Shown here piece after piece: positions 53,490 to 64,000 of a stretch of 64,000 bases of DNA. A program made the translations under genes and the position numbers. The notes below the pieces were generated by a model. It was not told the origin of the DNA. It was given only the letters and a program-made list of their open reading frames with translations, and made no database searches. The DNA is from Trichoplax adhaerens (Eukaryota > Animalia > Placozoa): positions 3,485,183 to 3,549,182 of the forward strand of contig NW_002060948.1 of NCBI RefSeq assembly GCF_000150275.1, written 5' to 3'. Each line of letters opens with the position of its first letter. Within the stretch, counting starts at the first letter, position 1.

Positions 53490-56400
53490 TTTCATGGACT
53501 GAAAATCGTTATTGCACTTTACAAATCCAAAACCTAACGAGCAATGAAGAATAATCAGCAAATTTCTGAACTTCTTCATAAACTTTCCATCTTCTTGGCC
53601 AGTATGAATGGAATTAAGAGCACTTTTAAGCGTAAAGAAGCTCATAACGTGCCTTTTCTTCAACTACAAGTTAATGTTAAATCAATAACTTATGTCCTAA
53701 TTCAGAACGAAGAATTACTTTCTCACTGTCATCTTTTCTTCATGATACCTTCCATTGCCTCGATGGATAGTAATCATGGTGTAGCTATGTGATAAAGTGT
53801 CTTCTCAATAATGAAGCAAGAACTACAGTTTCTTGTAAATTTCTTTTTATTACATAAGTTATGTTCGTCTAATAACTATCAAGGACTATCTAGATGCAAC
53901 CAGGCTATCTCTAAACTATCGAAATTACTACATCAATATTCACGATTTATATATAATTCTATTATCTCGTATACAATTCATCTATTTTCGTACGCTCTAA
54001 CAATCTTAGTCTTAAGATCTATCCGTGGCTGTACTACAAACTATAAATACTAAATACAGTATTTCATGGTTTATAATTTATTCTGTTGTGATTTAATGAT
54101 CTACTAATTATAGTATTAGTGAACTTGTATGTAAAAATTTTTGAATAAGAATGGTGTATTTTCTGTTAATGAAACGATAACAGATGTATTCATAATTATT
54201 GAAAGTTAGGCGACTGATTTTGTGAAATCTTGAAAAAGTAAGCCTTTAATCATAAATTCTCTAGCAATCTTAAATCTAATTTACAGCTAAGATACACATA
54301 TCATAGCTAGTATAATTTCACTAAAAAGAGAATAAATTTTTGCCTTTTTCGATAACCATTGCTGCTAAAAAATATATCAATTTTAATGTCACTGCCATAT
54401 CATAGCGTTTTTACAAGGAATATAACATAAAGAATATTTCCAGAACGTAGCCTGTATTTGTAATTATTTTACTCTTTCCAATATTATTGAATAAACACTG
54501 TTTGCGGATAGCTATAACAACGGTATTACTTTCATCAAATAACATCCTATACTAATTTTAACTGATATGATAATTGATTGAAGGGAATTAAATAAACTTT
54601 ATTGATCTGATTAACAAAACTATTATCATTTTGAATTTTAGCTCACTCAAATCTGAATCTATAAATTACATATACAATTGAAAGCAAATCAGTAAAATTA
54701 TAAGTATCTTGATATAAACTGATAACCCCTATTATAGCCATTTTTTTAATTACTTGAAAATTATTAAGTGCCTTGCGGGATTGCTTAAAGGAAAAGCTTT
54801 CAAATTGAAGTCTAGCAATCTCTTAGCTATGCATACAATCGACCGATAAACTAGTGTACTACCCCACTCGCCTACATTCGTATACACGTAAACGATAAGT
54901 TAACTTTACTGAACCTATAATTTTACAAAGTAATAGCTAAGCAAACTTGACTTGATATATACACAAACAAAAGTATTTAATAAGATTAATATATAACGTA
55001 ATAATCCAGTTGTTCTTTATTAAAAGTCTTCCAACTTGACAACAAGATCCTGGAAATCAAAGTTCAAATCCATTGTGGTCACGACTGAGCAATGTTAGAA
55101 TGAATTGAAAACTATAAATATATTGCAGGAATACAGTCCTAAAATGGAAGTGTAATCAATAACGCATTGCTAAAAATATTATCAAATGAATTAATTTTGG
55201 AGAATAATAAAATTGGTAACACAAATATTGGAAGAATTTAACAGCAGTTTACGTAACCTTTGAAATAGGGACCCGAACCCTATCACCCTAATTATCAAAT
55301 TCGACCTTCATTGATGAAGCAATTACTCTTACGTTCTTTACATTCTTCCTATGTGTCATGAACGCATGCTAGTAAAGAAGCCATAATAAACATAGTTTTT
55401 TATTACTGAGATATAGCACAGTTAAACAACTCTCGATAATTATTGTTAAATTTAACTCAATTTCACTTTTCTGTGATCTCGTAAGGTAAATAATATTAAT
55501 AAATCGATGGATAAAACTTTAAACGCTACAGTGGGAGTGCAAGCAGGTCCCAGTATTTGTATCACGTTTGATGAGTAAATTTAATGGATATGATTAAATT
55601 CTCTATTCTCTACTTCAATACTCAGCTTGAAATCCAATTACATATAACTAAGCTGCAATGTAATTTTGATAAAATGATATACCTTATCGTGACAATTTTA
55701 TGAATTCGAATAGGCCGGTAACTAGTAATAAAAAAGACGAAATACTATTATTTAGATAAGAAGTAACGTTAGAAATAAAATTCAGCTAGCTTTCTGGACT
55801 CTGTAATATTAAACTACATTTTTACGCGTAAAACTATATATATACTGCATTGAGATAGAAATCTAGTAAAGTTAAACAGCGAAAATAAGTACCGTGCAAG
55901 AGAATTTTATAAATTCATTGAATAGCTTATGTATAGTAAAATTCTAACATGATAAAATAATAAATAATTATCCTAATTACAAAAGATATTTTCAATTTGA
56001 TGCTTACGTGTCCGACGTAACAATTACCAAAGGGATTAGCGAATTACTTAGATGGAATATTTATTAAATCAGCTTTCTTGTCAAGATCCTTTAGAAAAAT
56101 GGAATAGCGATTGATAATTTAACATATATAAGAAGATATTTACACAGTCGAACAGAAAATAAATCAATTAATCACTTAAACCTTTTTAAAGTAAGAATAA
56201 TATAATGATTATAGAACCTTATAACATTTAAATTATTTACAAGATCGATCCACATTGTACCTGATATTTAGACACCTTTGTTTTATTTCCTCTTACTTTA
56301 TGAGGCTTGGAATTTATTTTCCTGTTAACATTATTTATCATAATTTCTATCGCATTCATGACGAACCATTAATTATTTCACCCAAAAACTCGATTGTATC

Positions 56401-57226
56401 TTCTATTTGTTGTGAAAAGAAAGTAACCATAATTGTCATCAAAATATTGAAATTCGAATAACATTCTTGGTAGTCATGGATGTTGTTGTTAGAGTAATAT
56501 AACGGCAATTTATGTCACTATATATTTTTCTGAAGCAAGACTTTGTAGAAACAAATAAAATACGTCAATGATAAGTCAATATCCAGTTAAAGCGACAAAA
56601 GACAGATTCAACTATTATATCAATTGGTTGCAGCAATATGCAAAATAAATCAGATAAGCGTGCCTTTGAGTTCTATTCAGACAAAACTGTAAATACAACT
56701 TCTCAACTCCGTTCTAATTTATTATTTAGTACGACGTATTATCATTCTTTTCAAAGAACTATCAGTATTACAGATTAATTGGTATATCAAATTAATGAAT
56801 AAGATTTGGATGTACCGCTTCTAATTCTCAATTTCATCTACACTCATCTATAAGTGGGAAGATCCCTAGAAAAGGATTAAAGAGTAACAACAGACTTTTA
56901 CATCTCCTCAAGCTAAGAATTTACTAACATTTTCTCTCTATCGATTTAAGTACAGTTAAAATCAACTTGAAAACTTCGTAGGTTAATAAATCGATTTGTG
57001 AGCAAGTTTTAAATTTTCTACTGAAGAATCCTACTTTAAAACTGCTATTGTAGAACTCAGCAATAAAACTATTAGTAATTAAACTATTTTTCGCTATTCG
57101 TATGTGGATCACTAGTTAGTATACAGAATTTTGCATTTAATTATCAGTAAAGATAATACGTGGTTATTAATTAACAGAAGACGGTTGGTTAAATACCTGG
57201 CTAAAAGATATAGAAATCGAAAACCC

Positions 57227-58636
57227 ATGGATCTCGCGATGAAAATACCAGTATTCTTATCAATGTTATATATCGTTACTATCACGGCAAAAATATCAAG
57301 TGCTAATGGTTATCGAACAGTCTTTGTGAACCTAGATGGTAAGACTTTAAATAAAATGAAATTTGTCAAAAATGATGTACCGATTCAAGTAGATGCAGAA
57401 ACTAGGCATAACATAACCAGTAAATGGCTAAAATTACGATTTAAGCAAATAGGAACATCGGGCAATAAAATGTCCAAACTATCCATGAAATCTCTTAATC
57501 AAGACTCTTTCACAAAAATTCAATCATCAAGTAATCACAGAATACATCGTCGAGCGATTAACACTGAGGCAAATGTTAGGGATCATTGCCAATTAAGAGA
57601 GATAAAATATCAAGCGTATCGTTGGATCAATACTTCTCATATTTTTTTACTAAATGATGATACAAGTAGAGCATTCAAAGTTGCCCAAATAACGGAGATA
57701 TCAGGAAACAATAAAAGTAACGTGCATATAAGAATCTGTACAGAAGTTATTGATAATAGATGGAATGAGACTTTAAGAGTTTTAAATTATATTACACCAA
57801 CACTAGAATTATTTTGCTACACACCAGTAATCATATTGCATATTGTAATATCTCGGCTAAATGAACGGTTCGATTACTTTTTCTTAAGTACATTACTTGG
57901 CACGATTGGTTACAAAATATTGAGACTAGCTGGCTCAATACTGCAGCATATTCGACCTTCTTTATTACCTGAATGCCAAGTATTGGCTACATTTAGGCAT
58001 TATTTTCTAACCGTATCCTATGCATCAATGATTGTGGTAGTCTTTGATATTTATTTCTATTTCTCTTGTCATACTCCTCCTTCTTCAGAAGGTTTATTAA
58101 AAATCTATTACATCTGTTTTGCATGGCTAATTCCAGCGATGCTATCAATAACGTTGTTTTCGATCAAGTATGTCGACAATTCGTATGATATTTTAGACGG
58201 TACCCCACGGTGTGATATTACTGAAACTTGGGCTCGTATGGCCTTTGTTATCATTCCATGCGTTATTACATTTTTAATTACCATCTTGTTTCCGTTTTTT
58301 GCAAAGAAAGTTATCAGATCTCGAAGACTAAAGTATCGAAGAGCATCGGAAGATAAGAAGCTAATTGCTAGAAAGTACAATTGCATCATTAAATATACCA
58401 TCTTTGTTATGATTATTTTGGCTGCCAATTTAGTCAACGACACAACAGAAGTCAGTATTGCAACTCATCAACGAATAGTTCAATTGCACGTTTTTGCTCG
58501 CGTTGCTGATATTTTATGTGCCATATTCAGTGTAATTGTCATGGCTGTAATGTTTTTTAAATGGTTAAAAGTAATGAACAGCTTTGCCAATCGTAGGCAA
58601 GACCTCAATCAACTTATGAATCATAATCAACAATAA
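57227..58636 (+). CDS. Intronless 7TM GPCR, secretin/adhesion (class B2/Methuselah-like) type
   Basis: Probable start M33 of the ORF (MDLAMKIPVFLSMLYIVTITAKISSA, signal-like). Extracellular region with RIHRR furin-like site. Seven hydrophobic segments, including TM3 CQVLATFRHYFLTVSYASMIVV, TM4 YYICFAWLIPA, an ECL2 Cys, and TM5 FVIIPCVITF. Confidence 0.8.
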   Translation: MDLAMKIPVFLSMLYIVTITAKISSANGYRTVFVNLDGKTLNKMKFVKNDVPIQVDAETRHNITSKWLKLRFKQIGTSGNKMSKLSMKSLNQDSFTKIQSSSNHRIHRRAINTEANVRDHCQLREIKYQAYRWINTSHIFLLNDDTSRAFKVAQITEISGNNKSNVHIRICTEVIDNRWNETLRVLNYITPTLELFCYTPVIILHIVISRLNERFDYFFLSTLLGTIGYKILRLAGSILQHIRPSLLPECQVLATFRHYFLTVSYASMIVVVFDIYFYFSCHTPPSSEGLLKIYYICFAWLIPAMLSITLFSIKYVDNSYDILDGTPRCDITETWARMAFVIIPCVITFLITILFPFFAKKVIRSRRLKYRRASEDKKLIARKYNCIIKYTIFVMIILAANLVNDTTEVSIATHQRIVQLHVFARVADILCAIFSVIVMAVMFFKWLKVMNSFANRRQDLNQLMNHNQQ

Positions 58637-59254
58637 TATCATACTTTATAGAATAGTAATAAGATGGCTTTTACTAATTTAAATCAATAAATATTTCATC
58701 TACTGTATACCTAGCGATATTTCTGGTGTTTATTCGATTTATTTCCTTCAATAAAGTTATATCTTTCAATACTGATAGATATAAAATATTTTGTAGGCCG
58801 CGTCCAAGCGTAGGGAAAGACGTCTTGAAGGAGACATAAATTAAGACATAAACAGAATAAGCGACTATGTATAGTATTATTTATTACTTATTAGTCAATC
58901 TGCTACTTTTATATCTGTATTGTAAATTCATTACTTCTCAGTAAATAACTTTATTAAGTTGAGGGGAAAAAGCTGTCCAAATGTAGTACTTATTCCTTCA
59001 AGTTGGTTATGATAAGATCTCTATGTATGTGAGAAAAAATATTGAACAATCCAGTCCAAACAATGATTGGACTAGCTAAATTTAGTCTTTCCTCAATTAA
59101 ATTCTGTAGTAATCCATCCCGTATGAAATGGGAATGTATATCTGCTTACGCTACGTATATTTATACAATTTACCGCTGCTTAGGTTAGTTTACATTAATC
59201 TCTGCATAACAATCATCAATCGTACAAGAATACATACATTACTGCAATATAATG

Positions 59255-59272
59255 TATATATATATATATATA
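59255..59272. repeat. (TA)9 microsatellite
   Basis: Direct reading of the sequence. Confidence 0.9.
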
Positions 59273-61530
59273 TTAATTGATTAATTAATTCGTCAGTAAA
59301 ACGAAGAATTATTATAATCAGCAATTAATACAGAATAAAAGGCGATAGCAAAGAAATGATATAAGAATAAAAGGATATAATGTCATGTCGATCTAAAAAA
59401 TGGCACGTTTCAAATTTCATAACATTGTCTCACTGATTTCGGGAATAGATAACTGGCTGAATACTAGTCAATAGCGAGAATATATGACCAATAACGATGA
59501 AATGAAAAGTTATAGTTTAACTCGATAGCACAACTATAGTACTGTATATATAATGCATTGATTTCATGATAGAATAATGAACTAGTGCTATAAAGCAAGT
59601 CCAGTAATAAATACTAGGATCAATCACTTTCGATACGCTATCTGATTTAGCCATCGAATTATCGATTTTATACGTACTAATTTCCAAGAAAGACGAGTTC
59701 AATGAATGACATATAATACCTAGCATTCAATAAAATGCAGACTGAAATCATAGATGAATAATCAATTAAGACTACAATGATATCATAATATAATAAAGAC
59801 GAAAATAATTTATTTATTTTATTTTAATTAAGAAAATAGGCATTTTCAACGAGTTATGGGTGTTTAATACATAATATTCTAAACGAAGGATTTATCGAGA
59901 TACAATCCTGAATTTTCTATTGAAATTTTGTAATAAAACTATTAAATTTGTTACGACGCCTGCTAATCAATTATATAATTGTCATTGTAATATAGGACAA
60001 AATCATTAAAAAAATAAATAAAACAGAGTTAGGAAATGTTTGAAGGGGCGATTGTACAATTCATGATAAAATTGTACTCTGTTGCCGATGATTGGCATCA
60101 CTAATTAGAATAGTTTATAAATATAAGCCTACTACCTGGATATGCCCAGTCGGTATGTTAAGTTACAGTACGCATCCTTTAGTCTGGGTCATTCACGTAG
60201 GATTATTTCAAAGTTGAGTAATAAAATTCGAAATTGATCTCTTTGAAAGTCAATACTGATGTCTGTAATCATATTCAATACTAATATCAAGAAAGAGAGT
60301 AAAGAACATGGATAAAATATAGCAGAGCTGACGCGCATATAGGAGGACTTTTATACATACTGCCATAAAATAATCACCTTGCAAGATGAGATACTGTTCA
60401 GTAATGACTAATCTCGAGAGCATATGCTTCCATGGCAATGGCACAATTTAGAGCGTTGTGTTTTGATCTATTGACATTCTATAACGACAGATTCTCTATT
60501 TCCTTTCATAGGCCCCCCAATAAGGAAATAATATTGGGCTGTCATGGTGACTTCTTAAAAATGCTGCTGACCTATGAAATAAATCAGCAGTATATATCGT
60601 TTTGTTCAAGTAATTATAATATCTGAGACCCAGTGAATCTACTAAAAGGAGTGTAACCCGAACTAGAACCACTGCAATCTGTATGCATTCTCCTCACTTG
60701 TATCGAAGTTCAAAGGCTAGATATTTTTACCGAGAAGTTACTGGGGATATCACACTTCTGTAATACAAAAACTTATTTTGCCTTACTGCAATGAATTCAT
60801 TTTCAACAATTCACGTATCTAATTAAAAAGATACAATGCTCATTAAACAAAAACAGACACATCGATTAAGCGCTTTGCATACGATATAGTGCCCGATTGC
60901 AATTGCAGTGCAGTATTAAAGTGTATCATGGTTTAGACTTCCGTAAATAGGAGGCAGCTGGTAGAAGGGAAGTTACGCCACATGATAGTAACAGAAAAAT
61001 CGCCATTAATCTCAGCGTTTATTACGGTATTTCGTAGCAAAATATTCCATCCTATTAAGAGTAGCAGTACGTCGTTATTAACCATGACCATTCGATTCGA
61101 AAAATCTGTCATTATTGTGATATTTAATAAAAACTATACAGCGATACTAATTATTCAATTTAATTAATAAATATACTGTCTAGAGTAAATTCATCAATTG
61201 ATGAATACTGTATAGTACGTTTCATGCATGTCCTGCGATGGTGCAGTTTGTAGAATAACAATTTCATAAAGTTACTTATTGCATATACCTATTGTCAATC
61301 AACTAATTGAATTTAACGATTTTCCTTGATGATATTCTCTATAATAGGTATCACAAGAATCGTCATCATTTTGATATCTCTACTTGAATAATTTGATAAA
61401 AATTAAATTGGATTTTTATTTTTTATCCAAATACGATTCCAATTATAATTGAATATTTGGGCAATATTCTCTTGCTACGTTAATAAAGGTTTACAACTTT
61501 ACGAGCAGAAGAAAGAGACTTGAATAGAAA

Positions 61531-64000
61531 ATGGCCGCCAACAAACACTTCAATTTATTATTCTTTTGCATAACCATACTCTTAATTTCGGATTCTTTGT
61601 CGACAAATAAAATAAGAGTATCTATTTCTGAAGGTAAAGGATGTTTTTCCCTGCACTGTTTCTAACAATTAGAATTCAGTGATTTTATTTTGATGTCTTG
61701 CGTTGATTAAAATATTCACTGTAGTACAGAATTGAGCAATATTTGCAGAAGTTCCTGGTAATACGAAATTTGCTGTATTTTCGTACGCTTTTTATTGACT
61801 ATTTGTAATAGATGGTAATCGCAACATCATTTTTTCTTGTCACTCCTATCCTAAAGAAAGCATTGCGCTTAAAGATGCGCGTCTACAGTAGATGTTAGGA
61901 GAATTTAAATCTCTCATTTCTAATATTTTAGATCCTGACTTCGTTCCAGACCGGAGCCAGTTGGGCAAAAGAACAGTTGTAACGGAAATGATCCAAAAAC
62001 GATCATCGCGACGTTCATGCAGATCAATAGACACAATATTGTCCTGCTCTAATGACGATCAGGATACAAAGGCATTTCCTGGTCTATGTCATTGCGATTC
62101 AGAATGTATTCTATATGGAGATTGCTGTATGAATTATAAAAATCCTTGTCCAGAGACTAATGTAAGTCTTGTGACTACGACAAATCGGTCTTGCAAAAAA
62201 GTTCAGATGACAAATTGGATAAAGCAACGATTGCCAGCTAGACAGAATAAAACGTTGGTTAGTTTATATAACTATCGTTGTCTAAAAGGCTCTTTGGTCG
62301 TTACAAAATGCCCTTCGCATTGGAGCGATAGTTACTATCGCAATAAATGTGAGAATATATCAGATACATTCAACTTTTATAGTCATGTACCTGTTGTCCA
62401 TAATACAACCAATATCGCCTATAGAAACATTTACTGTGCTCTTTGCCATCGAGTTAATGTAACAAATTTACAAGATATCCGCTTTTGGAGCATTGCTATA
62501 AAATGTAATTTATCGGAAAATGCTATTGAGTTTTGGAGTTTACAGAGTGATGGTCTATGGAAATATTGCTCATTGATATCGTTGATTAATTATAATGATA
62601 CGACATCGGCTCCGCGTAGAAAGTGTCGTCTAGAAATGGGTAATGAAATGATCTCTACATGTTTATCTGATCCAAAATCTCTGAAGATGAATCAAAGTTT
62701 TTTTCAAGCAATTCGAGACGGCTGCCAAAGCTATATCGCACCAATCGTTTCTGGCGGACAATTATACCACAATCCGTTTTGTTTAATGTGTAGTACAACA
62801 GCTATCCATCTTAATGTTAGTTGTCTGATTAGATCACCGCTTCCACCTCAAATGGGTACTCTTGCATTCGGGGAAGGCTTCATAACAGATCTGGCAAATC
62901 CCGTGTACTATGACCTACATTATAATCCACTCACGAGCACGATTACTTATCGAAAGTTTAGAGGCAATATGAAAGACAGTTTTACGCTTACAATATTGCT
63001 CTTTTGTGAAGTAGGAATGTTGTATAATCCTTGGACAAACCAATGCCAAAATGTGTTCCCAAAACCTATCGCTATATTATTGCATCAAGAGAATAAGACT
63101 GATCCATACAAAAATTCAACCAATAATAATAGTAGTAATTTTGAAAACACTATGCAAAATCGAACTTGTCATCTTACCTATGGAAATGCAAATACTACTG
63201 CTTATTTCAACGCTACTCATGTTGTTTTTCTACCTACCAATAAGACTTTCTTAGCTGCAAGATTACCAAATCACAATAACCATTTTTCCTTTTATAACTG
63301 TACTACCAATAGCAGTAGTGCGTTAGTCAATCAGACGTTAAGTACTGTTGTCTTATCCTCAGCTTTATATTATTCACCTGCTGTAATGTCTATCGTTGCA
63401 TTTATGTTGCAAATTTATTTTCATTTTCACAAGAGGTTAATTTGCCGATGGTGTATAGCATGTTGGTCACTTACAGTTATGTTGTTAGAGATTTCTATCA
63501 TCATTAATCAATCGATACAGTCAACTCCATCTGCAATATCCTCGATCGATTGCGATATACTATTAGCCGTCCATCACTTTCTTGAACTTTCCACATGTCT
63601 TTGGACTGTTGCGATAAGTAAGGATGTCTATTACCGCAGTCGCCATGATGATTTTTTACATCATTCATCCTTTCCTTGCAATATATTTTGCTTCTCCCTT
63701 ATGGCTTGGCTATTGCCTGGTGCAGCGGTTGGATGTTTCATAACTATCAATAAATATAGTTTAGGACTAACGTATGGTAACCATACTCATTGCCATCTCC
63801 AAGACGCTACCATTCTGGTATGGTATTCTTGCGTACCCTATTGCATCCTTGCAAGTGTCTGCCTTTTAATCTATATCGCGGCATTGCTATCAAGAGTGCA
63901 ACATCATCGTCAAAGCAATAAGAATGATCGTCGCCTCAATGATGATTCTACGTGTGGGTACACGACCGATCAAGATCAATTCAGTGAATATCAAAAAATT
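61531..64000 (+). CDS. Somatomedin-B domain, Cys-rich adhesion/secretin-type 7TM receptor (3' end outside window)
   Basis: Exon 1 61531-61633 (signal peptide MAANKHFNLLFFCITILLISDSLS, donor G|gtaaag). Exon 2 from 61932 (ttctaatattttag|, phase 1) is open to 64000. SMB motif CHCDSECILYGDCCMNY. Repeated Cys motifs YRNIYCALC and YHNPFCLMC. TM3 CDILLAVHHFLELSTCLW, TM4 FSLMAWLLPG, TM5 VWYSCVPYCIL. Not in the ORF track because no stop lies within the window. Confidence 0.85.

Noticed and set aside
61812-61931. In-frame TAG at 61889-61891 suggesting a pseudogene or readthrough in the SMB-GPCR
   Set aside because: A stronger in-phase acceptor at 61930-61931 places the stop inside the intron.

Overview
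AT-rich, intron-dense eukaryotic (animal) genomic DNA. The compact GT-AG introns and gene content resemble a placozoan such as Trichoplax, but this is an inference. Because most genes are spliced, the ORF track shows only fragments, so I rebuilt exon chains by hand from splice sites and reading-frame phase. (1) 1-23.8 kb: a cluster of four paralogous 9-exon genes (three on -, one divergent on +). Each encodes signal peptide + JmjC/cupin-like 2-oxoglutarate-Fe(II) oxygenase domain + EF-hand region + acidic tail. The three copies whose C-termini lie in the window end in an RDEL/HDEL ER-retrieval signal. One paralog has an intact frame but has lost both Fe-binding His and the 2OG-binding Lys, making it a pseudo-enzyme candidate. 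This is the most interesting system in the window. (2) 26.3-30.0 kb: TRAIP, with a textbook E2F/CDE-CHR element and a CAGTA/TACTG tract upstream. (3) 31.3-34.4 kb (probably to 43.1 kb), minus strand: a disordered protein with MIU-like motifs, tentatively CCDC50-like. (4) 49.4-50.7 kb: RPL39, missed by the ORF track, with a TOP-like leader and a second CAGTA tract. (5) 52.4-53.5 kb: an intact IS630/Tc1-like transposase ORF lacking the first catalytic Asp. (6) 57.2 kb to the end: two tandem secretin/adhesion-type 7TM receptor genes, the second with a somatomedin-B domain and truncated by the window edge.
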